A stretch of DNA of 58,090 nt, the filler included, from Jimgerdemannia flammicorona (lineage: Eukaryota): assembly GCA_003990765.1 (NCBI GenBank). It is 3 parts of 3 records of this genome, joined end to end, with 100 filler letters (N's around TTAATTAATTAA, not from the genome) between each part and the next. Parts side by side here need not be neighbours in the genome. Positions count along the whole stretch, not along the records: positions 19,399 to 38,696 come from RBNJ01001976.1; 2 more parts are not named here. One strand, 5' to 3'. The position numbers and the translations under genes were made by a program. Shown here piece after piece: positions 22,271-35,325 of the stretch (its first letter is position 1; each line of letters opens with the position of its first letter). The notes below the pieces were generated by a model that saw only the letters and a program-made list of their open reading frames with translations, did no database searches and was not told the DNA's origin.

Positions 22271-24346
22271 TGTAAGAGGGTTGCTTTTTAGGGTAACTAT
22301 TATGTAGTTCTGGAAGGGTTTTCTAGAAGTTCTGGATATTCTGGAAGATTATTTCTTATGGTCAAGATCAATTTCATAGGAGTACATCCTCTATGCTTAT
22401 TGATTTCAAGATCAGGTTGATGTCTCAACCAAAGTCCTTTCTTAGACTAGTTCTGGATGTTCAGGATTTTCCATATTTTAGGAAGTTCAAGAAACTAAGA
22501 CCAGCTTAGTTGAATTGGTATATTGCTGCAGATAATACCTAATTAGGAAATTTTGTGAGAGGGTTAGGAGTGGGACCTAATGGAGAGCAGATTTACTTAA
22601 GAGTGGTTTGTGGGTTATTAAATAGATTTATTCACTATTCATGATATTGCTATACTAAGAGTAGTTGTGTGAAGAGATATTATGGGGAAGTGCTCAGGAG
22701 TTGTGTTCAGATTGTTCAGGTCTATTCAAGTCTGAGATTCTGAGGTCTGGGAGAGAGGGTATTTATACTAGTGAGGGGCTATCTGGGCTATACTAGATAT
22801 GGATATAGCACTAAGTGCCTTGTTGAGTCGGAATACAGTCACATATGTAGTATAAGAGTGATCTGATATGTCAAGAGATCATCTGACTACTGAGTCAGTT
22901 CATAGTCATGTTATACAAGGCTAATCTAACTATACTATGACTGCTAAGCTATTTATAGGTTTAGACACTATCTGAGTAGTCTTCAATGATATCATCATCG
23001 ATGACATTATCTCTAATAAAGTAGTTATCTAGAAAAAGTGATTCATGGATTACTTCTCCTTATTTGCTGAGATAATAATACATTGGAACTTCATCACTAT
23101 CCCACAGGATAGCATCGTCTGTCTCATATGCTGGATAAGGTATTGGTGGGTAGAGGAGAGGTGCATTATCTTCGCTTTTATCAGATTCGCTATCTGCATA
23201 TCTTCTGTAGGTTACAGTACTATGAGTTGCAGGATTGTAGTAAGCTGGTGGCTGTGGTTCATATTGCTCATACTCAGGTGGTGGAGTGGTTGGTTCAATC
23301 TCAAGAGTTGTCTGGAGGTACAGGTTGTGTTCTCCAGTTTCTTCATTATAGTTGAAGTAATCGGGAGTGAACACAGGTTAGTATTCATGCCAGTGATCAT
23401 TGTCCCAATAAGTCTTGTATACTGTTATGAATTGTTGTAAGTTCATCAGTAAGATTGGCAGTGTGATCAGAGTTGGCAGGGATCCTTGGCTTGAGGTCAT
23501 GTCAGCATCAGAGGGATCATTGTCTTCTGCTTCATCTTCATCAAAGTGAATTATATTGTAGACATCCTTTATGGCATATCCAACTTAGGACATTTGCAGG
23601 ATATGATCATTAGGGTGTGAGAAGGTTCTGTCTGTGGTTTCGATATACTCGAGGTACTTATGGTTGAGTTCTTGTATCATATTGTTGATTTGGCCATAGG
23701 ACAGGGTAGCAACCATTTCAGCTGTAGTAACTCAGAGGCAGGAAATAACAGTGCTATACTCATAGAAGAGTTCTCAGTGTTTGCAGGCAATGAGTTTCTG
23801 GTGTTGAGACATCTGGGTAATGTCTGTATCATGGTGGTGTTTGACCATGTCTTCTAGGAGGCGGCTGATCTGGTAGTAGCTTGAGATTTGTCCAATTTGG
23901 TGGGCCTTGTTGAGCATGTTTAGGGCATTCTATCAGGCTTCCATGAAATAGAGGGGTACCAGGCTATGGATATTCATGAGGGGCAGAGGGGGAGTGGCTC
24001 AATTGACAATGGCATTTCAAATGTCAGTGCAGATACAGGTGTAGATCTTAGTGATTATATTTGTGTGTTTGGAAGTTGTAGTTGTTATTTGTTTTGGTTC
24101 TCTGGTTCAACATGTCTCAGTACTTGGTATATATGCATTTGGTTCTGATTGGTAAGATTCTGTTTGTGTGAATCTTGTGTTCTGTGACTTTGTGTTGACT
24201 CAGCTTTGTGTGCTGTGACTTTGGTTTGACTCAGCTTCATGATCAAGTAGGTGATTTCCAGATTTATTCATAGGTCGCATGTGATTTCAGTGGCTTATTC
24301 AGAGGGTGATGTGTGATTTTGGTGGCTTGGAGGTTGTGTACTTACA
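22271..24346 (-). mobile_element. 3' LTR of chromovirus B2 (2076 bp)
   Basis: TGTAAG...CTTACA terminal inverted repeats. PPT AAGAAGGGGAGAG abuts the right end on the minus strand. Homologous pieces at 19399, 20330, 31981, 32930 and 57517. Confidence 0.9.
23060..24138 (-). pseudogene. ORF embedded in family B LTR, unknown ~360 aa protein with an acidic Pro/Tyr-rich tail
   Basis: Frame from ATG 24138 (MHIYQVLRH...TDI*NAIVN...YYQISRLL...LSYGQINNM...FSHP) with deamination-type stops. Probable frameshift near 23480 into ORF 23060..23374. Confidence 0.7.
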
Positions 24347-24789
24347 ACTCTCCCCTTCTTAGTTTTTGACATCCTTGTCAGAGTCTTCTAATTTTGTTCT
24401 AGTGTTGTTACACCATTTGAGAGGTCAAAAGTCTGGTGAAGTCTATTTTTTTCAAAAAGTAGCATGCTTGTAGTACAGTTGCCTAATATGTTGGATTCAC
24501 ATATTAAAGGGTTATGTATTCAATACCATATGCCAGAAATGATTCTGACATTATTCACTGCTGGAGAATTTCCTCTAAGAAATCTTCTTAAATGTCTATG
24601 CCTCATTTCCCACTAGTGGTATGGGGAGAATAGGCTTGCTTTCAGTTTTGCTATTTTTCCAGAGGGTCAGTATTCTTATCTTGTTTTGCTGAGTTCTTGA
24701 TTTTTGATAATTATAGTATTCAGGAGAATAATATATAGTTTGTACAGATAGGTGTGGATATTTGGTTTTAGTTGTTCAAGGAATCATAT

Positions 24790-27700
24790 TCCTGAACTAA
24801 GTCAGTAGCATTCTGGAGGTTGGTCTTAGGTTCTCATATTATATTGTAGATTGGGTAATCTTTCTATTTGACAAGGTATTCTGAGTGGTTCTTGTGGCCA
24901 TATTTGTTGAGGATTTGTTTAACTTCATATTCTTCTTGGTCATTAATAATGATAGGTACAGGTGGTTTGGTAGTCCAGTTTGGAAATAGCTCATCATTGT
25001 TTTCATTATATTGCTTGAGATGTTGGATATTAAAGACTGGGTAAATCTTAATGGTGTCTGGTAACACCAGTTTATAGAAGATTGGAGAGACTTATGCAAT
25101 AACTTTGAATGGTCCAATGAACTTACTGTTTAGCTTCGTAGATAGTCTGTGCTTCAGGTTATCAACTTGGTATCCTCAGATATCCAGTAGAACTTTTTCT
25201 CCAATGTCAAAGGTTTCTTCTTAGTAGTGTTGGTTAACATACTGTAACTGTTGTTCTTGAGCTCGCAATAAATTTTCGATTGTAATCTGGCTTAGATTGT
25301 GCATTTAGAGTAGGAATTCTTCAACAGTTTCGACTGTAGAGGGTTCATCAGTAGTTCAGATAAGTGTCAGAGGAGTATTTGGGTTTTGTCCAGTATTGGC
25401 AAAGAATGGGGTCATTTCAAGAGAGACTTGCTTACTGTTGTTATAAGCAAACTCGACTGTAGTGAGGTGTTTATGCCAATCATCTTGTCTGTAGGAAATA
25501 TAGTTCCTTAGCATTTGTTCCAGAGTTCAGTTCATTCTTTCGGTTTGGCCATTAGTTTCAGAGTGAAAGGCTGTGGATAGTGCAAGTTTTGTTCCAAGGT
25601 GCACATGGAGGGCTTTCCAAAAATAGCTGGTGAATTTTGGGTCTTGGTCACTAACAATGATCTTAGGAAGACCATGATAGCAGAAGATGTTGTCAAACAA
25701 GAGTGTGGCTATGTCTGGTGCTGTTGCAGTGGTAGTGGTTGGTACAAAGTGGGCTTGTTTGCTGAGATAGTCTATAAAGACAACAATTGCATCTTTTCTG
25801 TTCTTGGTTCGAGGTAGTTGTATAATGAAGTCCATAGAGATTTTTTCCCAATTAGCAGATAGTACTGGAATAGGGTAGAGTAGGCCAGGTTTTGCTAGTG
25901 TTGAGGACTTATTCTGTTAGCAGGCATTGCAGGAAGTGATGTAGGTCTTGAGCTGGTCTGCCATGTGAGGCCAATAGAAGTTTTGGGAGATAACTTCATA
26001 ATATTTATCAAATCCTAAATGTCCAGCTGTAGGGGCATCATAACATTCAAATAGGATAGTCCTTCAGAGGTCTCAGTTGTTTGGGACATACAGTCTGTCT
26101 TTGTAGTAGATAGCATTATCTTTCAGTTGATATTGATGATACTGTGTATACTTGTCAGTATTATCACCATTCAGGATTTCTCAGAGTGCTTGAGCTTCCT
26201 TATCATTAGCACATGCTGCAATAATTTGCTTCATGATAGTGTTGGTAACCAAGGTGAGAGTTTGGATAACTTCTTCAATGGGTGGTCTAGAGATTGCATC
26301 GGCAACAATATTTTCCTTGCTAGGGTGATACTGGATTTCATAGTCAAAGTTGGTGAGGACTTTCATCCATCTGGCTTGCTTTTGAGAAAGAGTAGCCTGG
26401 GTCTTGATATTGACTAATGATTTGTGGTCAGTCAATATAGTGAAGTATGCTCCTTCTAGGTATGGTCACCATTTGATCAGAGTATCTACAATGGCTAGCA
26501 TTTCCTTTTCATGGGTTGCATAGTTAATTTTGGCATCATTGAACTTGTGGGAGTGATAGGCTACAGAGTGTCCTTCTTGCATGAGTACTGCTCTAAGAGC
26601 TAGGTCAGAGGTATCAGTAGTAACTTCATATAGTAGGGTAGGATTTGCTGCTTGAAGTACTGGAGTAGTTATCAGGGCATCTTTCAGTACTTGAAAGGCG
26701 GTATCTTGCTCAGATCCCCAATTTACAAGATTGTTAAAGTCTTTCTCTTGTTTCATGATCTAGGGTTGTTCTTGTTTCTTGCTGTGCTTGGTCATTTGGG
26801 TGAGGGTGGTAGTGATTTTAGCAAAGTTGGCAACAAATCGCCTGTAATAGTTTGCTAATCCCAGGAATGACTGGAGGTCTTTCAGCTTCTTGGGTCTGGG
26901 CCAATCTTTGATTGCAGAGATTTTGCTGGGGTCCACTTTAATTCCATTTGGCATGACAATGTGTCTAAGGAATTGGATTTCTTTCAGGAGAAATTTGCAC
27001 TTGCTGAGTTTTACAAAGAGTTGGTTTTCTCAGAGTTTCAGTAGTACTAGTTCAAGGTGTTCGAGATGTTCCTCCAGGGTTTTGCTGAAGACTAAGATGT
27101 CATCAATGTAGATAACAACAAATTTGTCCAGATATGGATGCAGAATGATATTCATCAGTGTCTGGAAGGTTGCTGGAGCATTAGTTAAGCCAAAGGACAT
27201 AACCAGGAACTCAAAGTGTCCATAGCAAGTTCGGAAGACTGTCTTGTAGATGTCTTCTTCTTTCATAGCAATTTGCCAGTAACCATTTTACAGGTCAAAG
27301 GAGCTCATGAATTGTGGGTTGGTAAGTCTATCAAATATTTCATTGATCCTTGGTAGTGGGTAATAGTTCTTGATGATCTGTTCATTAAGGTTATGGTAAT
27401 CAATGCAGATTTGCAGGTCTCCTCCTTTCTTGACAACAAAGAGGACTGGTGCACCATAGGGTGATATACTGGGTCTGATGAATCCTTGTTCTAGGAGTTT
27501 GTCAATTTCTTTCTTGAGTATATCGATTTCTCTCAGAGACATGTAGTAGATTGACTTAAAGACTGGTTTGGTATCTGGAATAGTCTTAATGACATGGTCT
27601 ACTACTCATTTAGAAGGTAGGCCTTTCGGGAGCTTCTTTGGGAATATGTCTCAGAATTTCTGGAGTAGTGGTCTGACATGGCTGTCAACTTTGAAAAAGT

Positions 27701-28005
27701 CTTCTTCAGAGTTCTCAGGTTCTTCTTTGGATGGGCAGATAGAGATTGCAAAAAGAGAGTATTTCTTGGCCAATTTCTTGAGTTGTAGCTTATTGATGTA
27801 AGTGATCTTTGGTCCAGGGTCACTAGAGTTGAGTGGGTCCTTTTTACCTTGCAGTTTGAAGTTATGGTGTCCTTTCTTGATGGTCAGAGAATGGTTTACC
27901 CAATCGATCATGGGGTTCTCTTGTTTCAACCATGGGGTTCCAAGGATGATTTCATTGTCAGGAAGTGGTACAATTTGGAGGGTAACATGTACTTGGTAGT
28001 CAATC
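24790..28005 (-). pseudogene. Chromovirus (Ty3/gypsy) pol B2: partial PR, RT, RNase H, integrase, chromodomain
   Basis: [79 protein letters not shown]. Confidence 0.93.
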
Positions 28006-31000
28006 AACAAGAACCTCATTGGCAAGCTCAAGATTCTCACCAAACCAGCTGGCAAGAATGATGGAGTTGTCACTGTAGATGGCACCACCTTACCAATTGA
28101 CTCAATTGCTGCTAAACTTCCCCTCAAGATCTAGAAGTACTGGGAACATTTAGATTTCAGGATAGCACCACTAGGAGATCATAACCTGATCCTAGGCAAA
28201 CCCTGGCTTACATGGCACAACCCTCAGATTGATTGGATCAAGAATGAAGTCACCTTGATTCAGGATGGAGCCAATATTACCATCAAGCCAGACAAGACTC
28301 AGACAAGAACCCCAATCACTACCCTTTCAGCAATTCAGTTCAAGAAGGCCCTCAAGAAAGCTACCTGTACCTTTGTGGCACTGATCCAATCAAAGAAAGA
28401 AGACAAGAAGCTATCAATTAGTAAAAGTGTCAAGTTACTGCTGAACAAGTACAAGGATGTCTTCTTGGACAAACTATCTGGTCTACCACCTTCAAGAGAC
28501 CATGACCATGAAATCAAGTTGGTACCTGATACAGCTATACCTAAGAAGAAAATGTACTGCATATCTCCACTCAAAATTGAAGTAGTTAAGAAGAAACTCA
28601 ATGAACTCATCGAGCAAGGAGCCATTCAGCCAAGCAAGTCACCCTTTGGCTCTCCAGTCCTATTTGTCAAGAAAAAGGATGATACTCTATAAATGTGCAT
28701 AGACTATCAAGTACTCAACAAGATCATAGTCAAGAACCACTATCCACTACCACTTATAGATTAAATCTTTGATGCTCTCAAGAATGCAAAGTACTTCACC
28801 AAGATTGATCTCATCTCTGGGTATAACCAAATTTGAATTAAGCCAGAAGACATACCCAAGACTACCTTCATGACACCCTTTAGACTCTACAAATTTCTAG
28901 TCATAGCCTTTGGTCTCACCAATGCACCAGTAATCTTTCAAGATCTCATGCAAACTGTCTTCAAGGATCAGCTATATATCTTTGTGCTTGTATATATTGA
29001 TGACATCCTGATTTTCAGTAGCACTGAAGAAGAATACCTCAAGCACATCAAACAAGTCCTCAAGATCCTCCATAAGAACAAGCTCTATGTAAAGCTCAAG
29101 AAATGTGAATTTTTCAAAGATCAAGTTGAATATCTTAGACACATTGTATCAGCCAAAAGAATTTAAGTAGACCTAAGGAAAATACAAGCCATTGAACAGT
29201 GGTCTGTACCAGCAAACCTCACTAAACTCAGGTCCTTCCTTGGTCTGGCTGGATACTACTGTCAATTTGTCAAGAACTTCTCTGGTATCGCAGAATCTTT
29301 AACAAATCTCCTGCGAAAGGAACCCAACTCTGACCTCTATGTCCCCTACATCTGGGATGCCTTCTGTCAATAAGCTTTTTAAGAACTCAAAAACTACCTG
29401 ACCCATGCACCTGTCCTTAGAAATATGGACCCAAACTTGAAGTTCATGGTCACTATAAATGCATCTAACTTTGCTATCAGTGCAGTCATTTCTCAAGATG
29501 ATGGTCAAGAACACTGACCTATTGCCTTTGAGTCAAGAAAATTGTCCCCAGCAGAACAAAAGCTGGCTACTTACAAAAAGGAACTCCTGGCAATCATGCA
29601 TACCCTTAAGATCTAGTAATACTATCTAGAAGGAGTTGAGTTCGACGCGATCACTGATCACAGGTCCCTTCAGTACATCAACACTCAACCAACCCTTTCT
29701 TGCCAACAAGCCAAGTGGAGTCAACTACTGCAGACCTTTATCCCAAACATTATCTATAAGCCTGGCAAAACTCTAGTTATACCAGATGTGCTGTCAAGAA
29801 GACCTGACCTTGCCGCAATTTTACAAGTCACCATGGTACCTGAATTCCTCAATCAGATCAAGAAGGCATATGAACAAGACTCTCTAGTTCTACAAAAGAA
29901 CACCAAGGAATTTAAGGAAAAGTACACTATCAAGGACAATCTCGTGTACTATTAAGACAAAGTATATATTCCTACCAACTCTGAACTATAGTACAAGATT
30001 CTTCATAAACATCATAACTCCCCACTAGCTGGCCACCTTGGAACTGAGAAGACCATCAAGAATATCCAATGAGACTACTACTGGCCAAACATGCTCAAGG
30101 AAATCAAGGAGTATGTCCAAAGCTGCGATCTTTGCCAAAGAAACAAGTCAAGCAACCAAGCACCTGCTGGTCTTCTACAACCCTTGTCAATTCTGACCAA
30201 GAAGTTCGAACAAGTTACAATGGACTTCATTGTGTAACTCCTATGAACCAAAACAGGCTATGATGCTATTGTTGTATTTGTAGACTATCTCACTAAGATT
30301 ACAATTGCCGAGCTAACCACAATCAATACCACTGTTCCAGAAATTGCAAGAATCTTCTTCAAGACTGTCTTCCACCATTATGGACTTCTCTGAGTAATTA
30401 TTAGTGACTGCAACCCCAAGTTTACAAGTTACTTCTGGCAAGTACTCTTCAAGACCCTTGGAACCCAAATTGCTATGTCCACTGCCTTCCATCCTCAAAC
30501 TGATGGACAGACAGAGCGAATGAACAGAATACTTGAACAAATGCTCAGAAACTATGTATCTTATGAGCAAGATGATTGAGACCACTATCTGATCTATGCC
30601 AAGTTTGCCTACAATAATGCCAACCAATCATCAACTGGTCTTTTCCCATTTCAGCTACTTTACAGTCAAAATTCTGAGACTTCTGTAAGTCTAGTCTAAT
30701 TCCAGCAATTCAGTTATACTCAAGTCTCCACAGCCCAGAACCTTATTGACAAAATGGATTCTCTTCTCAAGATCGCTACTACAAACTTGCAAAAGGCTCA
30801 GCAACATCAAGCTAAGTATACAGATAAGAAGTGGCGAGATATTATATACAACATTGGTGATATAGTTCTACTCAAAGCTGACAACATCAAGGCTCAATCT
30901 CAAGTCAACTGCCAGTCAGCCAAATTCCAGCCCAAGTACCTTGGACCCTTCGAGATTACTGAGCAAGTCTCTACCTGGTCTTACTGTCTCAATTTGCCAA

Positions 31001-31285
31001 CAACCATGTATATACACCCAGTATTCTATGTGTCACAACTCAAGGCCTAGAACCAGTCACCTCCATACCTGGCTGAATTCCGACACCATCAGTACCAGTC
31101 ATAGTTGAAGACCACATTGAGTATGAAGTCGAGAAAATCTTAGACAAATGAGTCCAATACTGTTGCATAGAATACCTAGTCAAGTGGATGGGTTACCCTG
31201 AATATGACACCACCTAGGAATCTGCTGCTAATCTCAAGAACTCTCAAGACCTCATCTAAGAGTTTAAGCAAAAAGAAACTCATTG
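28003..31285 (+). pseudogene. Chromovirus (Ty3/gypsy) pol D: partial PR, RT, RNase H, integrase, chromodomain
   Basis: [66 protein letters not shown]. Confidence 0.93.
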
Positions 31286-31578
31286 ACTGCCTATGAGATT
31301 CTCTCCTTGGATAGTAGATGACCTACAGTACTGATCAGGCACATTACACATCGGGGCTCTCTAAGAGATACAGGAGAACCTTATAAATCCTGCAACCAAT
31401 AAGGTTCGAACCAGTTCTTATCCAATCAAGATAATACTTTGGCCCTCACCTTATACAAAGATGGTCAATTCTTGCCAATAAGTTGGTATATTTAATTTGA
31501 AGTTTCTTTTAGTCTTATTGTTTATTGTATGTAACTTTGAGAATTCAATAAGGATATTGATTCTTAAGGAGGGGGAGA

Positions 31579-31980
31579 TGTAATATTTTAGTATAGTTTA
31601 TTCCTTTTCTTTGTCTTTCTTTAATATTCTATAACCTTCTGGTACTTTCTAAATGCTTAGAAATCCTTTCTTAGTGCCAAGTATTAACTAGTACTTATTT
31701 AGTTAGTCACTGAATATCCTGGAAACTTGTTGAACTTTATTTGTCATTATTTGTCATCTTTGCTGAGAACTTTTCTCTTGGCATTTTCCTTTGATTTTCA
31801 GATCCTTCTGGATTCTTCTTTCAGATCTTATATAAATATCCTCTTTGTTCTTATGAATAAAGTCTCAGAATATTTTCTCTCAGAAATTCTTTGAGAATAC
31901 TTAAATCCTTAGTATCTCTTTGAGCTACTTAGGACTATCAGAATTAGTCACTTTCTTATTTAGAAACTAAAACTGTTACA
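31579..31980 (+). mobile_element. 3' LTR of chromovirus D (402 bp)
   Basis: PPT AAGGAGGGGGAGA then TGTAA...TTACA, with internal TATATAAA and AATAAA. Confidence 0.85.
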
Positions 31981-32767
31981 ATATCCTTCATAGCATATCC
32001 AACTTGAAGTATTTGTAGAATATGGTCATTGGGGTGTAGGAAGGTTCTGTCTGTAGTCTGAATATACTTGAGGTACTTGTAGTTGAGTTCTTGTATCATA
32101 TCATTGATTTGACCATAAGATAGGGTAGTAACCATTTCAGTAGTAATAACTCGAAGATAGAGAATAATAGTACTATACTCATAAAAGAGTTCTTGGTGTT
32201 TGTAGGAAATGAGTTTCTGGTATTGAGATATCTGAGTAATATCTGTATCATAGTAGTGTTCAACAATGTCTTTTAGGAGATAACTAATCTGGTAATAGCT
32301 TGAGATTTGTCTGATTCAGTAGGCCTTGCTAAGCATGTTCAGGGCATTTTATCAGACTTCTATGAAGTAGAGAGATGCTAAGCTATATATATTCATAAGG
32401 GGTAGAGGAGGTGTAGCTTAGTTGATAATGATATTCCAAATGTTAGCACAGATACAGTTATAGATCTTAGTGGTCATATTTGTATATATTCAGAAGTTGT
32501 GGTTATTGTTTGTTTTGATTCTCTGTTTTGACATATCTTGGTACTCAGTATATATGCATTTGGTCCTGATTGGTAAGATCTCATTTGTATAAGTCTTATA
32601 TTTTGTGACTTCATATTAACTCAGTTTTGTACACTATAACTTTGGTTTAACTCAGCTTCATGATCTTGCAGGTGATTTCCAGATTTGTTTAGAGGTTACA
32701 TGTGATTTCAGTGACTTGTTCTGAGGGTTTCATGTAGTTTTGGTGGCTTGGAGGTTGTGTGCTTACA
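31981..32767 (-). mobile_element. Family B LTR fragment containing the 5' half of the LTR ORF
   Basis: Colinear with ~23560-24346 and ends GCTTACA. Confidence 0.88.
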
Positions 32768-32929
32768 CTAGTGTGACTACTATGATATTACTGGCCAAAA
32801 AGAACTGAAATTAGTACAAAATCATTATGATCTCACTAATATTCTTATATTTTCTAGTATATAATCTTATTGGTAATATAAATCTAATGATATCAGCTTG
32901 GTGATATTATCATTTATAATATTGTAATA

Positions 32930-33262
32930 TATTTTTATTATAACTCTTAAGTAAATCCACTTCTCATTAGATCTTACTCCTAACTATATTATAAAATTTT
33001 CTAATTACAGTGATATACTGATTTAAGCTGGCCTTAGTTTTTTAAACTTCCTGAAATACAGAAAATCCTAAATATCTAGAATAAGTCTGAAAAAGGACTT
33101 TGGTTGAGATATCAACTTGATCTTGAAATCAATAAGTGTAGAAGACATACTCTATATAAAATTGATCTTAACCTTAAGAAAATAGTCTTCCAGAATATTG
33201 AGAGCTTCTAGAAAACTCTTTCAGAACTATATAATAGTACTTTAATTAGTAACTCTCTTACA
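32930..33262 (+). mobile_element. Degraded family B LTR 3' end in the opposite orientation
   Basis: Reverse complement of ~22271-22620. Ends CTCTTACA at 33262. Confidence 0.8.
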
Positions 33263-33891
33263 AGATTAGATTAATTATAAATATAACATATAGTACTTAG
33301 ATATTAAGACAGCTACTTTCTCAACTAAAGATACTTGATATAAATACCTTTAAGTTATTGACACCAAGAATTATCAACTTGAAGAGTAGAATTACTATAA
33401 TAGTAAAAGTATACCATTATACTTAATATCAAATATATATATATATTCTAGTGAAGTCTTGATACTAAGTGAAGATTTTTAGATATTTAAAAAACATTGA
33501 AACATTGTGGAATAATTAAGAAAAACAGGAAAAGTTTAGAGAAAAGATACAAAAATAAATTATGACTAATGAAATTATTATATCAATTATTAATTAATAA
33601 TGACTTCCTGCTCTGGAAAATTTAACATCTCACTATTACTTACTGTTTCAATCTTATCATTATCAGTTATTTCACCTGTTAGTGTGATCTATGATGGGCG
33701 AACATTATTGGCGTGGAAATGCGAGATGCGAAAAACACTATACGCTGCCAGTATATATTGTCGCCAGCACCGTATTATCTACGAGGTTGTCGGGAACGTA
33801 ATCAAAAGCGTATGCAAGAAATGCGAAATGCTTTTTGTAACGATAGGTTGCCAATGAAATGCTTTTTGTACACGATAGGTTGCCAATGAAA

Positions 33892-35325
33892 TCATTTTTC
33901 TCGGATATTAAGTATTAGAGGCCTCTGTTTCTTAGTGTAGGACCAGCTTCTGACATCGTGTAGGACATGCTGCTTTTTCACTGTCTGTTGCGCCTCCGTT
34001 CCCTTTCCTGATGCCACTTCAGAACCGTCGTCCATCCATACGACCTGTACGGCTGGGTTCCGCTTCTTGAAAATCCCCATCCACTCCCAAAACTCCTTCC
34101 CTGTCATCGATCCCTTCTCCCCCTGCCGATTGGATCCGTGAATTTCGTCGTCATTTTTTAGCGCTCGGTACCTCGGCTCAACGACAAGTCGCTCGACGTC
34201 GCGCGAATACGAGAGTGGGCCATGGATGTGAACCTCTGTATAGTCGGGATAGTGGAAGAGCTTGTCTGTGGAGATGGAGGGTTTTTGGTCAGTGGCGACT
34301 TGGGCGACGGCTTTAAGCTCGGCGTCGGAGTAGGTCATGAGGATGTGATTGAAACGCTGAAGCGGATAGGAGGAAGAAGGGGTGAAAAGCCAAAGGATAC
34401 GAGGAGAGCTCATGTACTTGTGGAGTAAGCCATAATAAAAAACTTGCATGAGAGATGGTTACAGACTTACTTCAAACGTGGCCAACCGCCCGTCCAATGC
34501 CGAGTCTATGAATATCAATACCAGGAAATCGGACCCTTGATCAATACAAAGGGACAGAAAAATTCATGTGAGTGCATGTGAGTGAGACTGACCTGTGGCG
34601 GCGATGGTCGCTCGAGATCGAACTTCGTTTCGAAGGATCAGGTAGCTTCTTCCGTAGAACGAACACGAAAATACTCCGTTCGGATCAGCGGTGGGATTAA
34701 GGACACCGTATTTGACCCTGAGAAAAGATGAAACCAGTTGTAAGAAAGTGCCGATTTTTGTGTGTAAAATAAATATTGGGTTCTTGGATATGGATAATCG
34801 AGTTCGTCACACGTACTGTTCATACGCCTTCGCATTTTCATACGCATTGCCAAAACTTTCATTCTCCATTTGCTTTCTCCCAGTATGTTCATCTTTGAAC
34901 GTTGACCCCATCTTTTCATACACCTCATATGCATTGCGATACTCGGTATCCGTCGTCATATACTTCAGTAACGTGTCCAACTGCACATGCACAATAATCG
35001 GAGCCCGACTCCGGAACCAATTCGTACACCTGGCGACATCGCGGGCGCTCTTGAGTCCAAGCTTCCGTAACCGCTCGAGGAGCCGGGAGCTCTCATGCCT
35101 GGAGTTCGCGTCGGCCTTGTCGCGGACGTACTCAAGTGCCTTAGTCTGCGCGTCGGTCAGGTGTGGGCGAGGTACCGGTGACGGACAGCGTGAGCTCAGG
35201 GAGAGGGCTAGGCGGTCGTACACATTGTCCAGGGATTCGCGGCGTTTCGGGCGTTGGTGGTGAGCGGGAGGGTTGGCTGGCATTATTCGACTACTGGGGA
35301 CGTTGGAATGTTTCATAACTGACAT
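33892..35325 (-). CDS. DUF3626-like protein, 4 exons (35325-34817, 34717-34593, 34505-34471, 34356-33892)
   Basis: GT-AG introns join into one open frame. Motifs IIVHV..YRNAYE, E..FGNAY..VKYGVLN, YGRSYLIL..V..RAT...DS and YTEVHIHGPL...DVERLVVEPRY resemble DUF3626 as I recall it. CpG-rich and uneroded. Confidence 0.78.

Noticed and set aside
24790..31285. Alternative genetic code or read-through suggested by many in-frame TGA/TAG/TAA
   Set aside because: The stops fall at Arg/Gln/Trp positions, vary between copies, and are absent from the host genes, which fits deamination.
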